A stretch of DNA of 64,000 bases from Schmidtea polychroa (taxonomy: Eukaryota): the NCBI GenBank assembly GCA_044892525.1, contig CM097885.1, positions 38,256,001 through 38,320,000 of the forward strand. The letters run 5' to 3'. How positions within the stretch are numbered: the stretch's first letter is position 1; every line of letters starts with the position of its first letter. Of the stretch, positions 12,111 through 26,991 are shown piece by piece. A program made the translations under genes and the position numbers. Under the pieces are notes generated by a model that did no database searches, had not been told where the DNA came from, and was given only the letters and a program-made list of their open reading frames with translations.

Positions 12111-14662
12111 GATTATTAATCTGCGTAGTCGATTAGTTCTATAATCATTAAATAATCATAATCAAATTTACTAAAATCATAATCGATACCTTTTCCTTCA
12201 AATGATTGCACAGAAATCAGAGATGAGGTTTAAATTTCTAACAGTATTAAGTACTATAGAGTTTTTCCTTTGTATAGCCAACTACCATTGTAGAATAACA
12301 AATCATTTATGCGTGTAGGTATTTATATAATTTGTAGAATACAGCTTAAGGAAATTTTGTAACAAACACCTTTAACTTCTTCCATATTCCACTATCATAG
12401 ATCGTCTTATGTATGTATGCGAATCTGACTTACATTTGAGCCAAGGATATAATTTATAAATGTCGTAAAGGACCCCCCCCCCCCCGCCCCTCAAATCATG
12501 TAACTGTTGATTATCATCCCAAATACACTAATATGAAAATATATTTGATTTACATTTGATTTAAAATTATAATTTATAAATTTACTTAGATGACCCCTCA
12601 AATGGTATAATAATCAAATATTATCTTAAATATATTAATATAAATTACCCATATACTTGTAGAATATAAATTGCAAATTTTCTTCGAATGACCCCCCTCA
12701 AATTATATGTGAACATCGTCTTAAATCTACTAATAAAAATTACCCGTGTACTTATATTCAACTTATGAAATATAAATTATAAATTTTTCTCAAACGACAG
12801 CCCCCCCTCTTAATTTGTAAGTTAACCAACACTTATGTGACTACAACCAGTTCAAATTGTGCACCTGTATAGCAACCTCCTAGGGATAAAAATGCACATT
12901 TATTCCTACTACTACCATTCATGTCAACATCACGTTTATTATCACTTTTTACTACTATACTTAATATTAATGTAATCATTCTCGTCCATGTTATTATCGT
13001 GGTTACCATTATTATTATAGCTATCATTATTATTATCAACATATTATTATCATCAATATTACGATCAATAATACTCTTATGATTATTGGAAATGCCCGGA
13101 ACCAATTAAAGGCGCTCGGTCAAGCACAACAAGCGACAATGGCTTCAACTTGACTCGAGGAAGTCCAGGTAAACCTAGTAACTGTCACAGACGTGTCCAG
13201 TAACCGCAAGGACCATGAGTATACATGATTATTCTAATTTAACCACACGTGTGTGTTGAATCAATGTATGGGGATTTGATTGTGACTTTATGATATATGA
13301 CATGTTTAGTATTATTCTAGTTATTTTTCTTCTGTGATCATCCTAACACGAGATTAGTGGAGGGAAGGTAGGCCAACCCATAGATAAGGGTGACTACTGA
13401 GCGTGATAGGTAAAGCGAGTAATGGAGCGATGAGGAAAGGTACAATTCCTGAGAGGGGAGCAAAATCTCTCGGTGGAGGCGACGCAAAGCGGACCTACAC
13501 CTTCTAACAGTAGTCCGTGGACTCAAGGGAGTGCTCGCCAATTATAGTGCGGAACTCGCTCTCACTTTTTGCTGGCCCTTAACCTCTTGACACACTACCA
13601 ACGTCGATCACTCAACGGGTGTGGAGTGGTACGAAAAACCACTGTATTCTGGGTTACGCTGGAAACAGCACGACAAGAAAAGATGTTTAATTACCTGTAA
13701 CCCACCAGAACTCTTAAGGTAATAATTAGAATTTATGCAGTTTTTTTCAAACTTTGAAACACTGTACAAAGTGATCAAATTTTTATGAAAATCCAATATC
13801 AAAACTTTATATCAAATTCTATTAAATATAAAAGTTTAGATTTACCGAAAGTGTCTTTCCTTTTTTAATATTCTTATTTTTAATAAATCCTTAAAATTTC
13901 TGATAATATCTAGTGTCAGACCTTGAAATCTCGTGGAACCCCATTTGGAAATCACTGTTCTAAGTGAATGAATTTTTGCCCAAATAACGAATTCAATGCT
14001 TGTATAGTTTCGAAATTGCTTACAACTGCTTGAGGACAATTATCAATAAAGATGTATTTCGAAATACATTTTTAATTTATGAATTAATATATAACGAATT
14101 TGTCAAATTAATGTAAAACTAAAATTCTAATGAGAATAATTTTAGTATCTAAGAAAATTTATTTATCAAAAACTGTTTCATTTTTTAGAATTTTTTCAAA
14201 GAAAAAATATAATTTTATTTTTTAAAATATTTTTGTTTGATGTGTACTATGAGATTTAGAAATCAAACGGTGATTATTCAAATTTAAATAAATATTATTT
14301 GATATAGTTTGAGTTTAAACAACATATAAATTTATTTCATTAAATCATAGAAATAATTGAATACTATTTTAATTAATTAACTTAATTTAAAAAACCTCTT
14401 ACTTCTTATTAATGTTGATTAAAAAGAATTCACAACTTTAGTTTGACAATCGAATCATATCCGATTTGTTTTAATTTTACTTTAATAAAAATTAATAAAT
14501 TATATTTTGTTGTTTTTATTTAAAGATTTTAAACCTCTAAAGTTAAAAATTTATCACGTTATAAACTAATTAATTTATTAAAAACGAAAGTTATTAATTA
14601 AATTAGATATTGATTTAATTAAATTTCCCGCAGTATTTTTTGTTAGGTGAAGGAATATAGAC

Positions 14663-14730
14663 CAGGCGCGTACGCAGGATGAATCCATGGGGGTTATATA
14701 TATTATTTTTATATATATAGAGGGGAGGGG

Positions 14731-14818
<88 letters not shown>

Positions 14819-14940
14819 GCATTCGGAATATTTCTTAAATTGTTTTAAGTTTATATATTTATTAATTATAGTTTTTTATATTGTTGTTGGAATTATGGGG
14901 GGGGGTTCAACCCCCAGTAACCCCCCTGCGTACGCGCATG
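14663..14940. mobile_element. hAT MITE containing a (TA)n tract
   Basis: TIRs CAGGCGCGTACGCAGG / CCTGCGTACGCGCATG; perfect 8-bp TSD ATATAGAC. Confidence 0.93.
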
Positions 14941-15936
14941 ATATAGACGCTTTCTACGAGGATAGACTGAAATTGAGTTAATCAACTGTTAGTTGTAATA
15001 CTTTTAGTATTGTTGGAGTAATGTATAAAGGCACAAAATAAAACGGAACCATAATAAAAATGAATAAAAACACCAAAAGGGAAAAAATTAATTAAAAATT
15101 AATAAAATGTGAAAATTAATATTGATCGGGGGAAATGGATATGGTTGAACGGTAAATCACGAGAGAAATCCAAAAACAATAATAAAAATTTAGTGAAGGG
15201 CCCTAGAGAAATTTATAAAATAAAAAGCTAATTAAAAATTAATTAATTGCTAATGGAAAGCCCGAACAACGAGGAAAACCCAGAGCGCACTGAGACCCGA
15301 CTAATTAGGCAATCATCAAAGGTTAGGAGTGAGCAAGTTAATAATCCCACAGAAGATTGAAAATAAAGCTTACCAAATGTGTTAGAATAAATGCCAATAA
15401 TTTCCAAAAGATGTAAAATAATGGTTACCCAATATTAGATAAACGCCTTTCAGAAAAGTGTAAAAGTTGTTCAAGAAAACAATATCAGATCAGAACGTTT
15501 ACGAAACTCCAAGAGAAACTAAAAAGAAAATTCAAGTAAAGCTAAAAAGAATTATAAATTATTGTACCAGAAAAGGTGAATACGCCTTGGGGAACCTATC
15601 TTGCGATAATAAATATCTACGAAAGAAAGGTGCAAATAAAGTGATTGAATTAAAAGAAGAGTAAAAGTGAATTGTATTAATTGAAATAAAAGAATAAAGT
15701 TTTGAAAATATTGATAAACCATTGTGAAAAGTTACGAAAGAATTTAAAGAAAATTAATAAAAATCAATCCAAAATAAAACAAAAGGCAAAGTTAAAATTT
15801 GTAATTCTTTAAAATTTAGACGAGAAACAGTGATTCAAAATAAACTGTATAATCTGAGAAACAAAAAGCAACTAGAAAATATCGTGAGCAATTCAAATAT
15901 TAATGATCAAACCAATGTGTCTACTATTCAAACACT

Positions 15937-17832
15937 TGTTGGCGATTAGGGGTGTGTCATTGTAAATGTGTTAGACGTGCTTATGGATTTTTAATCGAAT
16001 CCTTTCTAAACGCCTTCATGGTTATTGTACTTTATGCCATCTGTGTACCCATGGTGACAACCATGTTAGTGCTGTACACAATGATTGAAAATCAATGAGC
16101 CTCAAAATAGGAACCTCAAATAGGTTTTGTTTTTACTATCATTTCCGCGCCCTTAAAGTTTGGGAAATAATATGTTTAAAAGAAAAACTATATAGCGATA
16201 ATTTACTATAGTAAATTATCGCTATAGTAAATTGACAAATAAAAAATTAATCGAAAAAAAATAGAAGGAAAAATTAAGACAAGGATAAAAAAGTAAAATT
16301 GGACATAGAAGCAAAACTAAATCAAAACCAAATTTATCAGAAACTAAATTACCGAAGTTTTGATATTATTTTCGAGAATCTTTTAACTCAATCAACTATC
16401 TTATATTATATATTTTCCATTCTCCTGAACTTCAAAACAACAGAAAATAAAACCAATGGGAAGAAGAAAACTAGAAACTATAAAGCTAAAAGGAATTAAA
16501 ATTTCCCTCTTCTAGTAAATTCCTGACCCATTCGATAAATATTATTATAATCAAATCTATATCAAAAAGATACCAAAATCAAATATATTATTTATTCCTT
16601 TGTTAGGTTATTGTCATTTATTCATTTAACTGTGGTCCTCATTTCTGGATGTTTTCTAATGTTAATTTTGAAAATTTTGCGCAGGGATCCGCACTTATTT
16701 CCCAGTTCATAAAGTTTGTTTTATACTTGTCTGATATTCGACCTGTTCTTCGAAAAATTTGAGGATGGATCTGCTATATTTCTAATTCTGTCCTATCTGG
16801 AATCATAACTACTAGTAGATTTTCTAATATTAACTAGACCTGAACCCTATCTACTTGCAATTGATCTTGCATTCCTTACTTCAAACCTAACTCGATAAAA
16901 ATTCATAAAAAGTTTATCAACGATCGACTCGAAGCAGAAGCCTCCATACCAGATCAAATGAACTGAGTGTCTTGCACCTACCTCCAACCCATAAGATCAG
17001 AAGCCTGGTCTTTGGTTGATGGTTAGATCCACTCCACCATAACTATTATTCAAAACATAAAGATTAAAACTAGAAATAAACGATAAAAAGAATCATAAAA
17101 AATAACTAAAACTAAATTGAATATAAAGATTTATTAACTTAGAACATTACATAAATATTACTCATTACATAAAATTACCAAATCCAATTCAAGCTTACCA
17201 CAATGGCATAAACCGAAAACTGAGAGCTAATTGCAAATTTTGTGGGTTTTTATTAACTGAATTTGCAATCAGTATTTATTTTTTTTTATTAATTTTAACA
17301 ATTTAATTTTATAAATTTTATAATTTAAATAATTTTAACTAATTTCATTTTTAACTTTTATTATTTTATCCACATTAATAGAAATTTTTAGTTTCAATTT
17401 TTCAATTTATTAATTTCTATTCCTCTTCTTAACGTATGGAATCATTTCCATATCTCCTTTGTGTGTAAATACGAGCCATAACATCCCAAATCAATTCGAT
17501 TATGGTCCTTCGTATGTAAATATATATTCCTTTTCATATTATTAATTATTTTATTATCAATTATCATTTTATTTATTATTCATCTATTTTTCTAGTTGAA
17601 ATATTTTCCGAATGCCTTATTTTTCTCTTAACTGTGTTGGCGATTGCAACCTCTTGCGTTCCTTGATTTTTTATACGTGTTTTATTTATTCTCTATGTAT
17701 TGTGTACTTTATTTTGTATTAATTTGTATTATTTCATACGATCATAGATTTTAATTCGACTTGTTGCGGTTTTTATGCTATGTATTTCCAACTCATTAAA
17801 ACAAACTCTCAATTATCGGTTCTAGCCTAATA
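15937..17832 (+). mobile_element. Solo LTR (~1.9 kb)
   Basis: TGTTGGCGATTAGGGGTGTGTCA ... TCTAGCCTAATA; 4-bp TSD CACT/CACC; paralogous to 18741-20592. Confidence 0.85.
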
Positions 17833-18740
17833 CACCCATATCTACAATTCCAGTGACGATGTCTACTATTAACAATATCAAAGATTATGCAAGTTGTCAA
17901 AATCTACCTGTCGACCAATACGGATGAGATCCTGTTGAATTCGTTGATTTTATGACAGATTAATACATGTATGTTACTACATGTATTGTGGATGGAGTCA
18001 ATCAATTATGGTACAACGGTAGCCATCATATTTATGCGGGAGCAGCGAGAGAGGCTTGGTAGCAGATTGATAAAAGACCCATTGCAAATGACTGGATGAG
18101 TATAAAAGATTTTAGAGAACCAACTTGATGAATACTTTTCATTTGATAATATTAAAAATAAGGAAATAGTAACACAATATGTACCAAACAGTGCTAAGCG
18201 ACAACTAATACCAGGAAACAATATCCAATCTAATAATTCTAATACTTATTACGTTAATACCCCTCCTATAATAGCCCCTCCTGTCGAACCTAATACCCAC
18301 CTTTCACCAACTCCTCTTATTAAAACCTCAACCCAGAAAGTAATACCAAAAAAACCTATTCAATCTAATACTTCGAATACCTATACTGCTAATACCCCTC
18401 GTATAATAGCCCCTCTTGTCGAACCTAATACCAATGATCAACCAATGATAACCTCATCTATTGAACCTCTGGTACCATCAAATAAACCAGTGATATTAAA
18501 TATCTCTTTCGAGGAGCTAAGGTCAAATCTATTAAGCAACATGAAAACTATTAAAATACCAAATAGAAAAAAAGCTACTGATACCCATGTCAATACTAAA
18601 ACAACTGCCCAAACTATAGACGAATCTATATTTAAACCTAAACCAAAGCCAAGTAATGTAATTAGTCCAAATGAAAAAGCGAAATTTAATGCTTTTTATG
18701 AAATATTATGTACTAAAAAGAATATATTAAACCTAACATA

Positions 18741-20592
18741 TGTTGGTTACTTAGGGGTGTGTCATTTTAAATTTTTAAATGCATTAGGGGTAATCATATA
18801 TATTCACTCGACTCTTTCCTAAGCACCTCCATGACTATTGCAATTTAACCATTTGTGTACCCATGGCGACGACCATGTTGGTACTGTACACAAAGGCGAA
18901 AAAAACAATGAGCAGGTGAGCTCTATTGCTAAAACTACTCCCCATTGTATTTTCTCTTCGGGTTCTAGACGGCCGATAGAAGGTCTTACGTCATTGATCA
19001 TTTTCTATTTTTACTTTTCTATCTCATTCGGTTATGGTCTTCATTTCTAGTTGTTTTCTATTGTTTCCTTTCAAAATTTTGTGCAGGGATGCGCCCTTAT
19101 TTTTCTATTAATAAAGGTCTCTAGGTAATTTTCTTGATATTTATGAATATTTAACCTATCTCGCAAAAAATTTGAGCAGGGATCGGCCCTTATTTTCAAG
19201 TTAATCCACACTTGCCATAATATTTAAATTGTTCTTCAAAATTTTTGAGCAGGGATCTGCCTGTGTTTCTAATCCTGAGTTGTCGGAAAAATTACATAAA
19301 TCTAACTTTATCAATCTTCAACTGGTCTCAACTATTCCGTCTTTGCTCCTAACTCACTTATGTCTATAAAACATAAAGGTGACTAAGCCACCTACATTAT
19401 CTAAATCTAAACAAGACCCTAAACGACCTAGAATGACATTACACTCCCCAATCATTCCTATCACTATCTATATTCTCTAACCCGATGGACTCAACCGGCG
19501 AAATATCTGCCGACCAACAGCACATAGTGCCGCCCGTCCACAAACTTTTCCCCAGCCCAGACCATCGACACAATCAACAAATAATATAATTGAGTTCAAT
19601 AAAAACTATCATTTCAAACTTGAAACTAAATGAAATTAAACAATAATAAAAAAAAACTAAACTAAATTGAATATAAAATTTATTTAACTTAAAACATTAC
19701 CTAAAATTTCATATTAAAATAAAATTACCAGTCCAATCCACAAGGGCATAAAATCGAAAATTGAGAGCATATGTTCGTTACCTGACAAACGATTTGTTGT
19801 GTAAAACTGAAAACTAATTTTTAACAAGTTGAACAACTGAAATTTCAATCCGCATTTATACTGATTGAATTGTACGCCTACGCATTCTCTGCTACTATAT
19901 CCAATTAGAATGCGAGGCAATTCTGATTAATTTTTGCATGCATGCATGCATGTGTGCAATTATTGTTTTTTAATTTAATTAATTTAGTTAATCAAAATTC
20001 TAATTTTTATTAACTTTTAAGATTTATTTTTATAAATTCTATAATCAAAATAGTTTTTTGCTAATTTTAATTTAGTTTTACAAGTTTTGTAATTTAAATA
20101 AGTTCAGTTAATTTTTACTTTAGTTTCATTAATTTAAACAATTTGGTTTTATAAGTTTTATAATTTAAATAATTTTGTTGGTTTTATTTTTAGTTTTAGT
20201 TTTATAAATTTTATGGTTTATCTAATTTTACTACTTTCATTCTACATTTTTTATTATTTCTCCAGTTTACTAGATAATTTATTTTAAATTTTAAATTTAT
20301 TTATTTAGAAATTTTCCATATTATTAATTAATTCATTACCCATTATTTTATTTATTATTATTTTATTTCTTAGTGGTTAGCTATTCCGAATGTGATGTTT
20401 CTCCTAATTGTGTTAGTGATTGCGACCTTTATTTTCGTTCCTTTATTTATTCACCCGGGTCTTATTTATCATCAATGTGTTATGTACTTTAATTTGTATT
20501 GATTGGTGTTTTAATTTAACTTGGTGCGATTTTTTTGTTATGTATTTTTGATTCATTAAAACAAGCTCTCGATTCTCGATTCTAGCCCAACA
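18741..20592 (+). mobile_element. Solo LTR (1852 bp) inserted in the non-LTR element
   Basis: TGTTGGTTACTTAGGGGTGTGTCA ... TCTAGCCCAACA; perfect 4-bp TSD CATA. Confidence 0.92.
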
Positions 20593-20761
20593 CATATAAG
20601 AAATATCTTAGAGATAAAATTATGAGTGAATCTTATAAGTATTTAGTAGAATCAACTGTCACAAGAACGTGCTCAATTAATAAATTATGGAATATAAAAA
20701 ATATTAATCTAATACCTGAACTAAGAATGCTTCATATTAATAATTATCCACCACCTATAGA

Positions 20762-21266
20762 CAGGGACGGCTCTTCCATATAGGCGGAGTAGGCGGCCGC
20801 ATAGGGCGCTCTATTTTGTAAGGCGTAAAAATATTTTTATAAATTATTTCTTGAATATAGAAAAAATATTATTTATTAAAATATGCGTTTGATGATTTAA
20901 CATTTTTTATAATAAATTTTATCTTCAAATAATGATTGAATTTAGCTGTATTCTAGCTCAAATTTGGTGACGTCTTGTAAGGATTTGTATGCATTTCTCT
21001 GAATTATAAAATCAAAGAATGTTTTTTTTTGTAGAATTTTAAAATACAAATGTGGCCATGTCTCCTAAACTATATAAGCTAGCCTCATCAAACTTTGCAA
21101 ATTAGTCAAGGTTGGTCAGGTTAGGTTAGGTAAAGTTTGGATTGGTTAGCTTATGTAGTTATATAGATTGAAACGTTATGTTTCAGTTGACATTCTTTTG
21201 GGTAGGCGCTTCATAAAAGTTTGCCTAGGGCGCTGGACTTAGACAAAATTTCTTGAGCCGCCCCTG
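20762..21266. mobile_element. hAT MITE
   Basis: TIRs CAGGGACGGCTC / GAGCCGCCCCTG; perfect 8-bp TSD CCTATAGA; TAGGGCGC subterminal motifs. Confidence 0.93.
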
Positions 21267-24200
21267 CCTATAGAACCTATTAATATAATATTGAATTTTG
21301 AAAAAAGTGAACAAGTACCTATTACCAAGAAAGCTAAATTCATTAGTAGGAAAAAAACATACCGCTATTGAGACAATCCCTTTAATAGGTAAACTTAACT
21401 TTTTGAAAATAATAATGTAACTATAAATCCATTATTATCGTTAATTTATAATAACCTATCATATTTATTACAGCTAAATATTTCGTAATTATAACATTAA
21501 CAAATGGGTCACTTTAGGAATCCTTGTAGGGATTCCGCCCATTTAGTTAATCCTTTTAGTTGTTACTATTTATATTATATATGAATCCCCTAAACTAAAC
21601 CTTCTATAATTTATTATAATAAGTAAATATCAACGCTATAGACATCGCCTATGGAGTCTTTCTACTCTGCGTGATTATCCATTATAGATTCCTTCAAAAT
21701 GTCTGATATAGAACTGCCGCAGAACCTAATAAACGATTTTTAATTGACCAAGTCTTCCCATGCTTATTCAACTATTTGTCTGATGGTTTCCAACCCTCGT
21801 ATAATGACTGGATGAAGCCCATTTAGAGAATATAAAATATTCTAACTCAATATACGAATCAAAAAGACCATGGCTTACTATGCTCATTCCTCTAATGCCT
21901 AATGATTCAAAAAAGCAATTTTTCCAAATGTAACGAAGAAGTTGCATTATAATCCATTTTTGAACCCCATCGAAAGTGTTTAACAAAATTTAAAATGGGG
22001 TAAGGACTAAAGTTTCTTCGTCTGATGGATTTACCAGACAGATTTACCTTCAATGAATGATTTACTGCAATATCCCAAACAGTTAACGAGGAACTTCGAA
22101 AACCAGATCATAGTAATTTCAAAAATCATATTAAAGTCATATTAATAATCATATTAAAGATTCTTCCGTAAATACAGGATATTTTAGGTGAACTATGAAA
22201 AATTTAATGTATTATAATAAATAAATAAATATCTTACTTATTTATTCATTATTTTAACAAAAAATCTTAAAATTAACTAAAATCCAAAACAAAGCTCATT
22301 TGACATTGCTAAATGAATGTCTCATCTATTGTAATCAAATGCGCTTTGGTGTAATAATTCTCCTAATATTAATACCTTTACTAACAAAGATAATCTATTA
22401 GATGACAATTTAAATCTCATCGAAATAATTAAAAATTTAATTAAATTGATAGAACTAATCTCAAAAAATACGTCAACCCCTGAAACCAAACCTAAAAATG
22501 AAAACACCCCTAATAATATTAAAAATGGTTCAAAAAATTCTTACAACCTTAATGTTAATATTGAAGATGATAATTTTGATGATTTTAATAGAGATCCTAA
22601 TTTAAATTTAAATATGAATTTTAAAAATTTTAATAATATATTTGAGTTTAATAGTAAGCATATTGCTAAATATAACCGTTTTTTTAAAAATAGAATTAAG
22701 AATATTATTAAATCTTATATTAACCCTAATATAAATGCTTCAGAATTCCAAAATACAAAAGGATTTTCTGAAGCTTTAACTAAAAATATCTCAAATAATA
22801 TTTTCGAGTTAATTAATAGAAATATTGATTCGATATTTACAATTTAAAAATCCTTTTAACTACAAAGTCAACTCTTTCTTTTTCATGGTCACAACATTGG
22901 TACACTCGCATATGCTGATGACATCGTTCTTATATCTGACTATTTATTCTTCAATCAAATCTGCACTTTCTGTTACTGTAAGTCTTGCGTAAAAAGTTAA
23001 CCTCCACTTTAAACCATCCAAATCTGGTTACTTTTACATTAACAACGACGATAATTACCATCCAATAATTCTTTATGGTGAAACCCTTCCCAAAATAGAT
23101 GACTCCAACTTATATCGATATCTAGGAGTTGATTTTCTCATAAGACGAAACACTGCATTAACGAAAGACTTGACAACGCAATCCAAGACACTAAAAAGAT
23201 TCTTAACTCTCATCTTTACCCTTCGCAAAAAATTAACGCCTTTAAAATCTTCATTCACTCCCGTCTTATTTTTACACTTCGAAACTGTGTCATCAATCAT
23301 AACATAATCAACTCACCTCACAACATTCATAGTGACTCTGAAATCCACCGATATGGATTTGACCTCCAATTTAAACAAGCTATTAAAAACTCTATTGGGG
23401 ATAGAGTGGTACAGCTCAATGACAATTTCTTTTATGCTTTCAGCAAATTTGGTGGTCTAGGACTTATATCTTCGATTGATGAATACTTGATCCAGAGTAT
23501 TGCTCATCCTATAAGAGCCCTCAACTCCAAAGATATTGGTTTTAAAAACTTAATAATCAATGAATTAACTGAGGCTGGAGGACAAGGTGACTTAAAAACT
23601 GCACTATCTTGGCTAAATGGTTCAATCTCTACTAGTTACCCAACATTCTCTCCAACTAATCCTCTCGTTGCCTTCTCTATCAATATGGTATATCAACAAA
23701 AATTATACTTCTTAATGACCTCCTTCAACTAGAAATAAAATACAAAAATCAATTTACTTCAATTACTTCACTGCGGGGAATTTAAATGACACTTCTTCTG
23801 AAATCCACTGTATCATTGGCCTTATTTATGCTGAACGTTGGTCCATGATGAAATGTCAAGGCTACATTGCAAAAGCAATTGGTGAGAGTAGCATCGCTGA
23901 TTATTTCTTTAAAAATGACATTCTCCCAGATGCCCAATACCTCTTCTTAATAAGTGCTCGAAATAACACCCTGAAACTTAATTACTCACCTCTCCGCCTT
24001 AAAACCAACAAATCAATCTTATGCAGGCATTGACATGCTCATCCTGAAAAGCATGAAAATGTGTTGCAAACTGTATCTGACTTTCTTATTGCACAAAACT
24101 TTAATGTTGACATTGAAAAAGTACCTGAAGGAACAACATTAAACCTTAAACCTGACCCCTTGATTAAATTCTCACGTAACAAATCAATTCACATCTTGGA

Positions 24201-24670
24201 CATTAAGGTTCCCTTTGACTCAAGAGAAAACTATAAAAAGGCGAGAACTAATAACTATGCGAAATATAAAGAACTTACTGATGAAATTGGACATCTACAT
24301 AAATGCCCTGCCACCATATATGCCCTTGTAATCGATGTTCTAGGCTCATGGGATAAAGAGAATGATCCAATACTTAGGATCATTGGCCTATCTAATCCTG
24401 AGATTAAAAGCCTAGCAAAAGAAGGTTGTACTGCTGCCAATAATATCAGCTATCAGATTTACCGGCAATACTTCTACAAAGACTAGGAAAATATCATTTA
24501 TATATACTCATTACGTACTCGAAGCATCCATTGTATCTATTTGTATTCTATGGTTATTATAATCACATCCGTACTGCTTACAATATTAACTCACACTCCA
24601 AAATATATTTATTCTAATTTAAAAATCCATATAGATGATATATAGTAATTATTCAAAGCATTTATTGTAT

Positions 24671-24777
24671 CTGTAGTAGAATGTTATATTTTTATTGTTT
24701 TTATGGGTCAAAACAAAACCTAACTGAGGTTTTGTTTTGACTCATAAAAACAATAAAAATATAACATTCTACTACAG
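24671..24777. mobile_element. 107-bp fold-back MITE
   Basis: 51-bp inverted arms with 1 mismatch and a 5-nt loop; flanked by TAT/TAT. Confidence 0.85.
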
Positions 24778-25409
24778 TATCTATTTGTATTCTATGGTTA
24801 TTATAATTTAACGTAAAACCTAATTATTAATAACTTGAATAATATAATCATACTAATGAAACTTTACTTAATTATTATGATAATTAATTTCCAATATTTT
24901 TCCAAAACAATATTTTTCCAACCCGAAGATAGACTCACGTACTAACGATTGAGCCTTGGCTTATCGTTCAAGAGAGAAAAGATTAAAAATTTTAGAATTT
25001 TAAGGGGCGAGAATTTCTCCCCTTCAGCCTTAAACGGCATGGAAGATTTGATTGAAATAAAATTTGATTTTTTTTACTTACTCCAAAAATCAATTAGTCC
25101 ATCCCCCAAGTTCCGAGTAAAATTTGAACCAAGGAAATCGACAAACAACCCGAATGATAAAAGAGAAAGACCAGTTCAATGTAGTAATTTTCAGAAAATT
25201 GGACATCATGCAGATCAATAATGGTTTAAAAACAATGTTAGAAACCAAAGTCCAGTTCAGTGTGATCATTGTCAAAGAAAGGGACGCAGCAATAATCAAT
25301 GTTAGTCTAAAAATAATGATCATCAAAGCCCAAAAAGGATGGGACCAGAGTGGTTGAAAGGTATTGTTGAGGAAAGCTTCAATAAAATGAATATCAATTG
25401 CCAGATAAC

Positions 25410-26304
25410 TGTTGGGTTTTTAATGTAAGTCGGTACTACGGTCTGACTCCTTTGTGTTCTTTTGCAAATAAATAAATAAATAACCCAACACAAAATCTTT
25501 ATTGACACTGATGCAGTTACACTTTTACACTTGTATTAGTTTACTCACACTTGATACAATCAGGTTTTGTCTGCACTTTTCAATTTATTAACAAATCTCA
25601 CGCAGGGGTAGATCTTCCAACGGGAGATGTCCCTTTCTGGTACGTTCGATTTTTAAATGGTTTAATTTCTACTAACTTTAATATTTCCCTTTTCGCTCTC
25701 TTCAAACTTCTATTTTCTTTTCTTCGACCAACTGGCATTTTGTTTTCTTGCCAGTTGCTTTTATACTCGTTTAATAATTGACTTTATTTTTGCCAATTAT
25801 CTTTGGTCCTATTTCCCCCCGGGCTTCCTCTTGGAGATCTAATTTAATTGAATGGAATTTGTTTGACGGCACTTTTTACTTTTTATCCGGCTAAATTAAT
25901 TGCCTTCCCAAAATTAGATTTCTCCGGCTAAATTAATTGCCTTCCCGAAATTGGATTTCTCAATTCGCTCGGGTTTTCCATTGTATCGGGTTTCCCATTA
26001 GCTCGGGTTCTCCATTAGCTCGGGTTTCCCATTAGCTCGGGTTTTCCATTAGTTAATTAATTTTTAATTAATTTTTGTTTTTTGTAATTTATTCCTTTTA
26101 GGGACCCCCCATTGATTTTATTTTATTATAGCTGAACTCGTCCCATTATTTCGCATCCGCCCATACCAGTTTCCCCCAGAAAATATTCATTTTTAAAAAT
26201 TTTTGATTTTTAATTAATATTTTGTACTTTAAATTTTTATTCTGAATTTGGTGTTTTTGTCAATTTTCACCTCATTTTTGTGCCTCCCTTGTTGAACCCC
26301 AACA
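25410..26304 (-). repeat. 3' LTR (895 bp)
   Basis: Direct repeat of 36172-37067; by eye only one substitution and one C-run indel differ. Confidence 0.97.
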
Positions 26305-26320
26305 TATCTCCCCCTTTAAT
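26305..26320 (-). promoter_or_regulatory. Polypurine tract
   Basis: Minus-strand ATTAAAGGGGGAGATA abuts the 3' LTR TG. Confidence 0.85.
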
Positions 26321-26939
26321 TTAGATTCGACCTCGAATCTGCATATAATAAGTCTAATTTACCATACAGTAATAACAATAATAATAATAGTAATAAAAAT
26401 AGATTGCTATCTACCTATTTTAGCTATTGCCTTTGCCAATGATTTTAAATCTGAGATATTTTATTTTGAAATTTCCTTATTCGACTCCCCCCCCCCCCAT
26501 CATCCTCACACTACTTAATATAAATAATAATGTTAATACTAATAACAATAATAATGATGATAATAATACTACCGATAACAATACTAATAATAATTAATAA
26601 TGATGATGATAATAATTGTAATATTGGTGACAGTTGTGTATCGGGCATCATAATATTTGTTTGTACATGATGAAATGCACTGTGCAGTGTATACAATATG
26701 ATATCAAGTTGGGTTCATCACAGATAGTTGCTTAGCTATTTATTTTAAACTATTATTTCACAGAATTTTTTTTCAAAAGAGAAACAAAAGAAATTAATGA
26801 GAAAATCAGTTTGATTAGAAATCCGGAAATCCAACTATAGATTAAATTCAACTATCTAATAATTCACAGTGGAAATGTCACAACCAATAGTAATGGTGAT
26901 AGAAATTCAGAATATAGCCTTTTTAATAATAATAATAAC

Positions 26940-26991
<52 letters not shown>

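Larger units (their letters stand above)
18120..24900 (+). mobile_element. Decayed non-LTR retrotransposon with restriction-like endonuclease (NeSL/R2/R4-type); ends approximate
   Basis: RT motif TLAYADDIVLI (~22900-22935), YRYLGV (~23112), KFGGLGL, degenerate CRH..H knuckle, RLE LKPD...ILDIKVPF...KY and ALVIDVLGSW (24061-24486). Confidence 0.85.

Noticed and set aside
13095..13740. GC-richer island with possible LTR start (TGTCACAG) and PBS-like TGGCGAGC
   Set aside because: Probably an LTR-element remnant, but no matching terminus, TSD or convincing tRNA match was found
25551..25781. Identical 76-aa ORF at 25551 and 36313
   Set aside because: It lies antisense within the two LTRs; the identity simply reflects LTR duplication
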